Positions 10,410-19,996 of a stretch of 64,000 nt of DNA are shown here, in pieces. Within the stretch, counting starts at the first letter, position 1; each line of letters opens with the position of its first letter. Origin of the DNA: Spirochaetia bacterium. GTDB taxonomy: Bacteria > Spirochaetota > Spirochaetia > DSM-2461. The stretch covers positions 1,952,001 through 2,016,000 of the forward strand of contig CAXXIA010000002.1 in the NCBI GenBank assembly GCA_963666985.2, written 5' to 3'. The position numbers were made by a program, and so were the translations under genes. The notes under the pieces were generated by a model. That model ran no database searches, was not told the DNA's origin, and saw only the letters and a program-made list of their open reading frames with translations.

Positions 10410-11534
10410 GTGCCCATGGATATAGTTACGGTAATAACTCTGTACAATCTGGCTTTATGGGCCGGGATTGTCGCTTTTATTCATCTTTATTTTACTTCGT
10501 ATGAAAAAAGCGGGCTTCTTCAGCTTATTGTATCGTTCGCCGGGATTGGAGTTGGTTCTGTTTTTGCAAGTTTAGGAGAATTTCAATTTCTCCCATTAAG
10601 ACTATGGACAAGTATATCAATGATTTTGGCTGTAATTGGCTATTCCTATCTTTTAACCGGATTTCAGGCGTTGAATTATAAAAGGACAAACCTTGCCGGA
10701 AAAATTATGGCGGTATTGCTTTTGATCATCTTAGTCATTTCCTTCTTTACGGATTATTTTCTTATTGACCGCATACGGGCGGTGTCCTTTCATACTATGG
10801 CAAGTCTCTATATGTTTTTATCAGGCTTGGAAATTCTTAGTAAATATAGGATCGAGAAAATAAGAAGTCGAATTATTTTATTCCTTGTTCTTCTTTTCGG
10901 ATCCTGTATCTTCCTTTTAGGCACGATTGCTCTTTTAACGAAAGAAAATTATGTCCCTGCATTGGCACGAGGTTTTTCATTATTAATGATAACGCATTTT
11001 CTTATATCCGTTTTTACTTATGGTATGGTCAAAGAGAGAGCGGAGAAAAGACTTCAGAAAGCGGCAACGATTGATGCTCTTACCGGAATAGGAAATAGAA
11101 AATGGCTGCAAGATACAATTCCCGCCATCGCTAGAAATAAAGACTCCATACTCATGTTGGATATAGATAAATTTAAAAACATAAATGATACATATGGCCA
11201 TTTCTCCGGAGACGAAGTTCTTGTCACTGTTGTGGAAAGAATCCAAAAATATATTCGAGAGGGTGATCTCTTTGCCCGCTTCGGAGGAGAGGAATTCCTG
11301 ATTTTTATCCCAGGTATGAATCATAAGGAAATCTCTGTTTTTTGCGAAAGAATTTTATTATCGGTTCGGAATATTAGCTTTATTGGCAAATTGGCGGGAT
11401 GTTCGGTTACAATCAGTATTGGGATTTGCTGGAATAATGGGAAATTTAAAACGATTTCCGAAATGATGCAAAAGGCGGATGAAGCTTTGTATAAAGCTAA
11501 AGAAAACGGCAGAAATCGATTTGAATTCCATTGA
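10410..11534 (+). CDS. Membrane-bound diguanylate cyclase (GGDEF)
   Basis: About 7 TM segments, then DALTGIGN, DIDKFKNINDTYGH, I-site REGD and RFGGEEF. Start is 10410 (GTG) or 10416 (ATG). Confidence 0.9.
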   Translation: MPMDIVTVITLYNLALWAGIVAFIHLYFTSYEKSGLLQLIVSFAGIGVGSVFASLGEFQFLPLRLWTSISMILAVIGYSYLLTGFQALNYKRTNLAGKIMAVLLLIILVISFFTDYFLIDRIRAVSFHTMASLYMFLSGLEILSKYRIEKIRSRIILFLVLLFGSCIFLLGTIALLTKENYVPALARGFSLLMITHFLISVFTYGMVKERAEKRLQKAATIDALTGIGNRKWLQDTIPAIARNKDSILMLDIDKFKNINDTYGHFSGDEVLVTVVERIQKYIREGDLFARFGGEEFLIFIPGMNHKEISVFCERILLSVRNISFIGKLAGCSVTISIGICWNNGKFKTISEMMQKADEALYKAKENGRNRFEFH

Positions 11535-11706
11535 AATCAAAAAGAATAAAGGTTTTCTTCCGGAGAAAAATATTTCGAATCCGAACGAAAGCTTAGAAGA
11601 ATGTAAAGAATTTCCACGTTGATTACAAACAGAATCTCATATTGCATTAATTCGGCATTGGGCTGATTTATCGAAAAAAAAGGAGATTCTCATACTACTC
11701 GTTAAT

Positions 11707-12423
11707 TCATATTTTCTTTCTTCCTAATTGAAACAACCTTATGCCGATCATAATGAACCAAACAAAATAGAGTGGTCCGGCAATCATGGTGAAGATTATT
11801 TTCATTGGCGCGTAAAAAAGTCCGATAACAACACTCGCTAAGTCGAAACCGTGAGTAAAGAATCCAACCCAGCCGGCTGCCTTGCCGAACACAGCCGTTT
11901 TGAGCATGATGACTGAAAAAATAACGGCGCCCGATTCGATAAGAATGCCCCGGATGATTGCTCCGGTATTCACCCACATATCGGCGGCAAGCATCCCTTC
12001 ACAGGCGGCCAGAAGCTGGTTTCGCAATTCCGGAGAACTCGCGGCGTAGTATTTGTCGCATAAATGAAGAATCGAAGCCAAATTTATTCCCGAAACAAAA
12101 ACAGTAATGCCGGCAAGAGTTAAGAATAAAGCGATTTTGGAAATCAGCTCATAACCTTCTTTGAGTGCTTGATATAAACAAAAGAACAGCAGGTAATAAA
12201 AAGGTACAACAATAACGGAGATTATATCGAGTTGAATAAGTGCAAGAAATTTGTTTTCGTGAATCATTTCAAAGCATTTCAAAGCCGAATCAGGGTATCC
12301 GCCGTCGAGCAGAACCAATATCAATATGGTTGCTATGGAATAAAAAATGAATAGAACGGATGTCCATCCGCCTGCTTTGAATAAAATCCTGTTTGGTTTA
12401 TCAAATGCGCTATTTTCAATCAT
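11707..12423 (-). CDS. Membrane protein, DUF4386-like
   Basis: About 6 hydrophobic segments, RBS GGAG upstream. Family call is by general resemblance only. Confidence 0.6.
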   Translation of the reverse strand: MIENSAFDKPNRILFKAGGWTSVLFIFYSIATILILVLLDGGYPDSALKCFEMIHENKFLALIQLDIISVIVVPFYYLLFFCLYQALKEGYELISKIALFLTLAGITVFVSGINLASILHLCDKYYAASSPELRNQLLAACEGMLAADMWVNTGAIIRGILIESGAVIFSVIMLKTAVFGKAAGWVGFFTHGFDLASVVIGLFYAPMKIIFTMIAGPLYFVWFIMIGIRLFQLGRKKI

Positions 12424-12470
12424 TTCATTCTCCTCAATGGTTTAAAAAGCATTTTATATCGAGCGAAATG

Positions 12471-13136
12471 CTATTTGCTTTTTCCGTAGTTTGTACTCAA
12501 GGAAATAAGCAATTGGCCGCCGGAATAAAGGAAAGGGCCGAAGATCATCGGCATTATCTGCGGATAGGAATGAAGGGCGAACTCAACATCTCCCAGGTAG
12601 AGGCAAAGAGTTCCAATCGTTATGAGAATCGCTTGTGTTCGGGAAAATGCATGGCCGAAGAACGTTGAAACTCCTCTGGTAACAAGGAATGGAAGAAGCA
12701 ATCCGTAAATGAGTCCCGGTATTCTCATATCACCAAGATACGGCCAAAGGTAGCTCATCAGCCCGGTATACAAAGCCAGGGCTACTATCCCGACATAAAT
12801 ATCTTTTTTATGGAAACCGTTTAGAACGGTAAAGCCGATTGCGTATGTAAGATAAGCGGCAACGAAGATAATCAGTCCGCGGATAACCACGAAGGGATCG
12901 GTCATATCGACGTTCAGGAAGTCTCCGAGCAATGCAAGGGCAAGGCTGATAAGGACGATAATGCTGAGTTTTTTTGAAACCTCCTTCTTTCTGAAGGAGA
13001 GAAGGACGATGACCATGCAGAGTATTGTTATCACAGGCTGAACCACCGAAACCAAAGACAGGTTGTTGGTCCAGCGGGCCCACCAGTAAATCACGATACC
13101 GATAACGGCGAAGGGTACAGGAAGAAGATGCAGCAT
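12471..13136 (-). CDS. YhhN / lysoplasmalogenase-family membrane protein
   Basis: ALLGDFL, F..AYLTY, IPGLIY, LGD..FA and LYSGGQLLI patterns of the YhhN/TMEM86 family, with some conserved residues substituted. Confidence 0.7.
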   Translation of the reverse strand: MLHLLPVPFAVIGIVIYWWARWTNNLSLVSVVQPVITILCMVIVLLSFRKKEVSKKLSIIVLISLALALLGDFLNVDMTDPFVVIRGLIIFVAAYLTYAIGFTVLNGFHKKDIYVGIVALALYTGLMSYLWPYLGDMRIPGLIYGLLLPFLVTRGVSTFFGHAFSRTQAILITIGTLCLYLGDVEFALHSYPQIMPMIFGPFLYSGGQLLISLSTNYGKSK

Positions 13137-13297
13137 AGTCGACTCCTGAGAATATCTTCGATTAGTAAATTAAGAATATCGTTAAAAGCTGTTTGCGGGG
13201 AAGAATTTTCTTCATAAGTGATTCACTCTTATAGCGAGAATTGATGTTTAGAAAATCATTCTGGAAAAGGACGCTAAATCGAATATTAAGGACGATT

Positions 13298-14476
13298 TTA
13301 AAAATCGAGCTTTGTTGATCCCCTGGAGAGGGTGACCCATAAATGTTCTATGGTGAAGCGATAGCCTCCGCGGCGCCAGAGAGCAACAAGGCCCATCCAG
13401 ATTCCCACATTAAGTACGGCAAACACCAGCGCCGCACCCATGGTTTGATTCCACGCGGGCCATATGGAAGAAAGCAGCTTGGCGAATACCTCGGAGAGAG
13501 GCATCTGAAGGGCATAAACGGTAACGCTTATTCTTGCTACCTGCTGGGCGATATGCTGTTTATCTTTTCCGAATCCGGCTGATGCCAGCACCGTCCATGC
13601 GATGAGGGTGAAGACGCCCAACTCGAAGTAGGTCTTTGCGTACCAGAATAAATCCGCTCCATGGAGATTGGTTGGAAAAATCATCAGTCCCAGGATTCCA
13701 AGTCCCACAAGCGAGACGCCGAGAACCCAGGTAAATCGCGGAACTTTACCGTCTCGGGCCATGGCGAATCCGATTGTCGCTCCAACCAGGGTAAAGGCGA
13801 AGTAGGGGAGTATCGGATATGGTTCCGATGCCAGCGGGGAAAGGAGAAAGGCGCCGACATATTGCCGGGTTTCAAGAAGATGATCGTAGAGAGGAAAAGT
13901 AACCAATCGGAGCAGGCCCGAAATCATGAATACACCGGCCATGAGAAGACCAAGAAGCGTCGGGCGTTTGGATCGGTGCAGAAGCGGCAGTACCAGTGAA
14001 AGCAGTACAAGGCTCAAACCGATCATCTGAAGCGCCGTGCCCTGCACAAAGCGGCGAGGACTCCATTCGGCTCGTCCGTCTCTTATTAATTGGGCAACCA
14101 GTGTGTGCTGATGGATGCCGGTTTCGAAGTTCAAAGAAGGCGGGGCCGTCAGAATATTGTAGATGAGGTGCAGCAATACAATACCGATACCAACAAAGAA
14201 AATGTGACGTCCCGGTGTTCCGCGGCCTTTCCATTCTTCCCGGCCGGAACGGCGGAGTTCATAACGGTAGCTGTTGACGATTCCGGAAATGAGCGCGAAG
14301 ATTCCGCCCCACATTACCATCAGGCCGATAACGGCCAAATAAAACGGAGGATTGTTTAAATCGACGCTGTTAAGGTTGGCGTAGAAGTACACCGCGCAAT
14401 GCAGGAAGACAAGAGAAAGAATACTGCATCCTTTAAATGTATCGATTGAATGGATTCTGTTTGAGGCGTTTTGCAC
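13298..14476 (-). CDS. Polytopic membrane protein, acyltransferase-3 / HGSNAT (DUF1624)-like
   Basis: RIHSIDTFKG..L.FLH N-terminal motif, ALQMIG, YPILPYFAF. GTG start at 14476 with GAGGAG RBS. Confidence 0.65.
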   Translation of the reverse strand: MQNASNRIHSIDTFKGCSILSLVFLHCAVYFYANLNSVDLNNPPFYLAVIGLMVMWGGIFALISGIVNSYRYELRRSGREEWKGRGTPGRHIFFVGIGIVLLHLIYNILTAPPSLNFETGIHQHTLVAQLIRDGRAEWSPRRFVQGTALQMIGLSLVLLSLVLPLLHRSKRPTLLGLLMAGVFMISGLLRLVTFPLYDHLLETRQYVGAFLLSPLASEPYPILPYFAFTLVGATIGFAMARDGKVPRFTWVLGVSLVGLGILGLMIFPTNLHGADLFWYAKTYFELGVFTLIAWTVLASAGFGKDKQHIAQQVARISVTVYALQMPLSEVFAKLLSSIWPAWNQTMGAALVFAVLNVGIWMGLVALWRRGGYRFTIEHLWVTLSRGSTKLDF

Positions 14477-14622
14477 CGGGGACTCCTCTTGTGAATATCC
14501 GTTGATTGTAGCATGTCCGGATCGGCGCACTCATCGGAAGCTGCCGTCCGATCTTTCCACCTCCCCGGGCGGCGGAACGCAAAGAGGCAATAATGAGCAT
14601 GGCTGTAATTTCTCACATCCTT

Positions 14623-15162
14623 TCAGATAGCCGATGCGGCCAAAAGACCCATAATAGGAAGGAGGAGGCAGATAACGAACACACATCCGGCCAGAATGTT
14701 GATCCATTTTTTTACGGGACGGGTTACCCATAAATAAGTAAGAAGAGAAAGAAGCAAGGACTGAACCCAAACTTCGAGTTGGCCCGTCAAATGGGAATTC
14801 ATGGGCAATGAGGTATAAACCATACCCTCGATTGAACCCGGCGAGGGTCCGAATGTGGAGAGAATCCCGATAATCACCAGGACGGCCCACATTGAAAGCC
14901 ATCCTCTTGGACGTCCGAAGAACTCATGGCGCATCAGATAGAAAGCCGTACCGAAAAGCAGTCCGCGAATGGGCTGGAACAGAACGCCGGCTATAACCAG
15001 AGGATGGGTGAGCGGACGCATAAGAAGGCTCAGCGCGGTTTCCGTATAAATCGTACCGTAATCGAAGACCGCGGAGGACAGCGAACCCATGATAAAATAC
15101 GTTACCGTGTGGATAATGACTGTTTTGAGGGTAATTGGAAGGAAGCGATAATCCTTGTTCAA
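14623..15162 (-). CDS. Hypothetical membrane protein
   Basis: 179-aa hydrophobic ORF, TTG start with AGGAG RBS. Confidence 0.65.
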   Translation of the reverse strand: MNKDYRFLPITLKTVIIHTVTYFIMGSLSSAVFDYGTIYTETALSLLMRPLTHPLVIAGVLFQPIRGLLFGTAFYLMRHEFFGRPRGWLSMWAVLVIIGILSTFGPSPGSIEGMVYTSLPMNSHLTGQLEVWVQSLLLSLLTYLWVTRPVKKWINILAGCVFVICLLLPIMGLLAASAI

Positions 15163-15309
15163 GGGAATTCCTCCTATTGACCCAATATAGTGACATGAAG
15201 TTCATTCTGTAAAGCGTTGAATATTTTTATGCTTTTAACGAAAGTTCTGAAAAGCCGGTTTGATGGACGGCGCTCATACCGCCGCATAATAAAAAAGGAT
15301 GCCGATACC

Positions 15310-16440
15310 ATGCCCCGAAACGTTTCCGTCCGTCCGGTTAAAACCCGGAAAGACCTGAGCACCTTCCTCTCTCTTCCTTATAGACTCTATCGTCACGATT
15401 CTCTTTGGGCTCCGCCGATTCGCCTTTTTGAGCGGCGGGAATTCCGTAAAGGTTCAAATCCGGTTTTATCCCGATCTCCTCATACGCTTCTGATCGCCGA
15501 AGATTCGGACGGTATTCTCCGGGGCCGCATCATTGCGTATGAAGATCCCCGTTACAATGCTCATTACGGTGGAAAAACCGGATTCTTCGGTTTCTTCGAG
15601 GCCGATGATCCCGAATCTGCTGCGGCGCTTTTTGACACGGCCGAGAAGTGGTTCGCGAGTCGAGCTTTAACGGAAATATTGGGCCCCATCGACCCTGTGG
15701 CCGAGTGCTGGGGGTTCACGATTGACGGATTTGAAAAGCCGCCGGTTTTTATGTCGCCGTATAATCCGCCTTCTTATCCCGCGTGGATCGAGGCGGCGGG
15801 ATATCGGAAGGCCAAAGATCTGCTGGTTTACGAGGTGGATTCCAGGAAAGGATATGAAATCCCGCCGCGGTTTCAAACTTTTGAACAGAACTTCTTTTCT
15901 CGCAATCCCGGATTCTCGGTCCGCACTCTTAGAACCAAGAATTTTAACGACGATGTGAAGAGTATCGTAGACATATTGAACCTCGGTGTGGCGGATAACT
16001 GGGGTTTTGTGCCCGTAGAGGACGATGAACGCGACGCTATGGCGGAGAAACTAAAACTTGTTGTTGATCCTGCGGCGGTTTGGTTCATTGAAGATAAAGG
16101 ACGGCCTGTGGCGTGCTGTTTGGGCTTTCCTGATTTGAATATTCCTATTCGTGCCGGAAAAGGACGGCTGCTGCCGTTGGGTTGGCTGAACTTGATGAGA
16201 GCTCGGAGCGTCTTGGCGGATTATCGGCTCTGGGGCTTGGCGGTTCTCCCGGAGTATCAGGGCCGCGGTCTGGATGCTTTAATTTACATTAACCTCTACC
16301 GGGCGCTCTCGGTCCGAAAACCCGGTACTCGGCTGGAAGCAAATTACGTACTGGAAGACAACCCTCGTATTATAAATGCTTTGGAGAAACTCGGAATGGA
16401 GAAGATTAAGACCTATCGGGTTTTCAGGAAGAGCTTATAA
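15310..16440 (+). CDS. Double-GNAT acyltransferase, YghO / bacterial ceramide-synthase-like family
   Basis: DL..FL.LPY.LY..D..WAPP, NP, GRIIA, GFFGFFE.DD, GP, MSPYNPPSY and AVLPEYQGRGL. Confidence 0.75.
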   Translation: MPRNVSVRPVKTRKDLSTFLSLPYRLYRHDSLWAPPIRLFERREFRKGSNPVLSRSPHTLLIAEDSDGILRGRIIAYEDPRYNAHYGGKTGFFGFFEADDPESAAALFDTAEKWFASRALTEILGPIDPVAECWGFTIDGFEKPPVFMSPYNPPSYPAWIEAAGYRKAKDLLVYEVDSRKGYEIPPRFQTFEQNFFSRNPGFSVRTLRTKNFNDDVKSIVDILNLGVADNWGFVPVEDDERDAMAEKLKLVVDPAAVWFIEDKGRPVACCLGFPDLNIPIRAGKGRLLPLGWLNLMRARSVLADYRLWGLAVLPEYQGRGLDALIYINLYRALSVRKPGTRLEANYVLEDNPRIINALEKLGMEKIKTYRVFRKSL

Positions 16441-16663
16441 AGGGAGCCGGTGCGGTATTCCGCATAAAGTGTGGTGTCCCAGTATTTCTCTCACAGAGCG
16501 GCGGCTTATGGGAACGCATCGTTTTACGAAAGTGGCCAAAGAGACGTCAATATACCACCCATGGCCTCAATTCATTCTAATAAGCCGCCGTTTCGCCGTC
16601 TTGGAATTTCCGGGACACCGCAATAGCACACGTTCTTCAACCTCCCCTTTGCCCGGCATGGAC

Positions 16664-17455
16664 TTAGGGGGTTGGCCGATAAACCGCCGTTTGGCGTGAA
16701 ATAGCCGCGATTCTGCCGTCCGGACCGGTGACGATTCCATCTTCAATGAGAATCCCGCCGGTGATGTAATGGGTGCGGAAATCCGACCAGAGAACTTCAT
16801 GTTCCACAGTCCCGTTGATGTAGACCGACAATTCCAGAGTGGGAACCCAGGGCACTTCACCCAAAGCGGAGAAAATTGACGGAGGAAAGCAGTCGACAGC
16901 CAAATTCACGGCGGGAATATCGAATAACCGGGGATCTTTGAACCGTATCCATCCTTTCGTTATTCCCGGCCGGATCAATTCGTCCTTCGTCCATCCGTAT
17001 GTGGCGGGGTCTATACGGACACTTAAAATATCGTATATCGGTGTAGTTCCGGGGCGGGATCGTTCAATGCAGTCTTCTTCTTTCGCCGAGGGGAGATAAT
17101 CTCGGGAATCGGATAAATTTTCCGTCTCTCCTGATTTCGCGGAGAGAGTACAGAAAGTCCGCAGAACCTTTTTATCATCCTGTATCAGGCTGATTTCAAA
17201 ACGATCGAAATTTCGTGAAGTTGAAAGTTCCTCCACATGAACATCAATGCATCCCGGAGCGGTTCTGTCGAGGTAGTTTGCCGTTATCAGAAGGCTGCCT
17301 TTTTTTTCACTGTACCGAGAAGCGGCTTTGGCCGCCATGGCCAGGAGAAATCCCCCGTTTACATTGCCCAGATGCGTCCAGACTTCGGAAACCTCCGATT
17401 GCAGACGGTGGTCGCCTGTTTCACTGAAAACCAAGTTTTGATCGAAAACGTGCAT
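16664..17455 (-). CDS. Acyl-CoA thioesterase (TesB-like double hotdog fold)
   Basis: NGGFLLA, DCFPP, WVPTLELSV, EDG...GRIAAISRQ. Confidence 0.85.
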   Translation of the reverse strand: MHVFDQNLVFSETGDHRLQSEVSEVWTHLGNVNGGFLLAMAAKAASRYSEKKGSLLITANYLDRTAPGCIDVHVEELSTSRNFDRFEISLIQDDKKVLRTFCTLSAKSGETENLSDSRDYLPSAKEEDCIERSRPGTTPIYDILSVRIDPATYGWTKDELIRPGITKGWIRFKDPRLFDIPAVNLAVDCFPPSIFSALGEVPWVPTLELSVYINGTVEHEVLWSDFRTHYITGGILIEDGIVTGPDGRIAAISRQTAVYRPTP

Positions 17456-17513
17456 AGTATGTCCTTCATTGCCTGCTGATTAATGGAAGCATACGAATCC
17501 TGCCGGTAAATAA

Positions 17514-18494
17514 TCACTTTACCGAAAACAGAATAAGACCGGCTTTCATTTCAGCTTTGATTTTATTTCTCTCCAGCAGATACTCCAGATGGGAATGTGC
17601 CTCTCCCACCGCAAACCACTTTTGCGCTACGGGAAAATCTTCCCAGTTTTTCGCCCTGATGGACCAAGTCATTTCGGAAGCCACCTCATAGACAGTTGAT
17701 TCTGTTCGACTTTCCACAATGGCTAGGGCCTCATCAATCCTTTTTTGATGATGTTCCATCAGTTCGTCAATCCTTGTGGAAACATCGCCCTCAATCTGTC
17801 TGTGAGCGGAGAAGGTTCTTTGTATCTCCAATTCTTTTATTTTTTCCAGACTCCGAAGGTAGGAGCCGAGTGAATCCGGAACATCCGGCCAGGATGTTAT
17901 GTTGGGCGAAATACCGAAAAGGATGTGATCTCCACAAAAAAGGTATTGATTCTCTCCATCGTAAAGACAGATATGACCCGGTGTATGACCGGGAGTATGC
18001 AGAGATTTCAGAGAACATGTTCCCAAATCAATGATGTCTTTATCGTCAATCATTTCATATTCAATATTTTTATCCGGCAAATAAATCATTGCCGGATTCA
18101 GACTTTTATTCTTTTGAAGCTCTTCCTTGGAGAAACCGAATGAAAGAAAGCAATCGTCAATTTTCCGAAAATACTCCGGAGTTTTAAACCGGCGGTAAAT
18201 CTCATAATCGATACGGCCCATGTAAACCTTGCTGCTAGGGGAAGCGACGGCCGGAGCCAAACCCGCATGGTCGGAGTGCAGATGGGTAATAAGAATATCC
18301 GTGATATTCATATCCGCTTTTAGTTCCTGCAATCCGGCATTGAGTCCTTCAAGAGATTCTTTCATGTTAAAACCGGTATCAATAAGCAAATTCCGCTTTG
18401 AGCCTTTGATAAAGAAGCTGTTCAGATTTCTTAGGGGGTTTCCCGGAAGGGGGACATTTATGGAAAAGATATTTTCACTGAGCTGCTGAATCAA
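17514..18494 (-). CDS. MBL-fold metallo-hydrolase
   Basis: THLHSDHAG, TPGHTPGH, GDHIL. Confidence 0.9.
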   Translation of the reverse strand: MIQQLSENIFSINVPLPGNPLRNLNSFFIKGSKRNLLIDTGFNMKESLEGLNAGLQELKADMNITDILITHLHSDHAGLAPAVASPSSKVYMGRIDYEIYRRFKTPEYFRKIDDCFLSFGFSKEELQKNKSLNPAMIYLPDKNIEYEMIDDKDIIDLGTCSLKSLHTPGHTPGHICLYDGENQYLFCGDHILFGISPNITSWPDVPDSLGSYLRSLEKIKELEIQRTFSAHRQIEGDVSTRIDELMEHHQKRIDEALAIVESRTESTVYEVASEMTWSIRAKNWEDFPVAQKWFAVGEAHSHLEYLLERNKIKAEMKAGLILFSVK

Positions 18495-18877
18495 GATGAT
18501 CCTCCAAATCCAAATAGAGAATACAGGATGTCTTGATTTCCATAATTCTTCAATCGCTCCTTAGGAATCATGAGAACGCAGCTTATCTGAAGACAATTTC
18601 CACATTATCAAGTGGGTAAATCGATAAAACAACCAATCAAGGGGCACCCGTTCGACTATTCTCTGCGTACCCGGAACGATAAGATGCTTTTTCCCAGTAC
18701 TTTCATCCGAAGCCTTATACTTAAATTAGGATGTTATTTAAAGACGACTCATCAGTATTCATCCGGAAAGGAGGTATGTGAGGTATCGGCGAATTGGCCA
18801 TCCCTCAGATTTGCGCATCACGGAGAATCGTAATTCTCCCTGGGCCGTCACCGACGGTACGTTACGATTAAAAGGAC

Positions 18878-19996
18878 ATGTTGGTAAAAATCCGGGAATA
18901 CGGACATCGTGGGTTTCAGTACCTGAAAAAAAAATTACGTTTCCATGGCGAAGTGGGGCACAGTCTCTCATGGAAACCGGCCGCATTTATTATCGTTTCG
19001 GTGTGTTTGCCCCTTTCGCTCATGGGATTCCTGTCACTGCGGCAGATCAAGAGCATTGTAATCCAAGAACGATTCGAATCCATGGAATCCATACGCAATC
19101 AAGTCCTGGCCGATCTGCAATCTCTTCTCGAGGAATCCGCCGAAAGGGTATACAGGGACTTATTTTTAAGCGGCATACTTCTTACCTCATCGGAATGGAC
19201 GGACTACCTGGTCGGCCGGGAAAAAGGTATTCTTTCCGCCTACACGTTTAATTTCCAGTATGCACCGTTCCGGGGAGCGAATCCCGAGGGATTGCCCGGA
19301 GTTATCAGAGAAGATCTGCAAGAACGGGTATTCGCCGAAAACATAGAATTTCGAGAAATCGGAAATGACGACGGTACTTCCACATTGTGGGCTTTTGCCC
19401 TATTTCGTAATTCTGAAACCCGGTATTACGCCGTTTGGTCGTACGATTACGAATACATCAATGCTTTTCTTACCGACCGCTTGGAACACTACGGACAGTG
19501 GAGCCTTTTAAACAGCCGTTATCAAATATTGGGGGACAGTCGCAAGACACCCCAATGGTCGACGCGTTTGAATGAACAAACCCAAAGAATGCTGGACGGT
19601 TTTTTTGAAACGAAAATTTACGATGATCAAATTCACAGTTACGCCGCATTGGATCTCGGTGGTGAGTTTTTGTATTTGGACATCCAGATCCCGACGAACG
19701 TCGTCACGGCGGCTTCGAGAAACCTTCGGGCGAATCTCGTTTTTTTCGTCATTCTCTTCTTTATGCTGTCGGGTATTCTCAGCTGGACCGTCAAACGCAG
19801 TCTCATTCGTTGGGGAGAAGGGCTTATCATTCGTCGGGCTTTTTCCAAGGAAATGATTTTCTTCCCGAGGATGGAAGGGAATATCAGGAATCTTCAGGAA
19901 AAAATAAAATTCATTAAGGCCATGGACCAGCAGCTGGATTACGTCCTGAACGACTTGGAGGAGCTGAAGCGCAATATTCCGCCGGAGGATGCATGA
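18878..19996 (+). CDS. Two-TM protein with periplasmic (Cache-like) domain and short C-terminal coiled coil
   Basis: TM near aa 35-55 and aa 287-305. Stop overlaps the start of the next gene (ATGA). Confidence 0.65.
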   Translation: MLVKIREYGHRGFQYLKKKLRFHGEVGHSLSWKPAAFIIVSVCLPLSLMGFLSLRQIKSIVIQERFESMESIRNQVLADLQSLLEESAERVYRDLFLSGILLTSSEWTDYLVGREKGILSAYTFNFQYAPFRGANPEGLPGVIREDLQERVFAENIEFREIGNDDGTSTLWAFALFRNSETRYYAVWSYDYEYINAFLTDRLEHYGQWSLLNSRYQILGDSRKTPQWSTRLNEQTQRMLDGFFETKIYDDQIHSYAALDLGGEFLYLDIQIPTNVVTAASRNLRANLVFFVILFFMLSGILSWTVKRSLIRWGEGLIIRRAFSKEMIFFPRMEGNIRNLQEKIKFIKAMDQQLDYVLNDLEELKRNIPPEDA

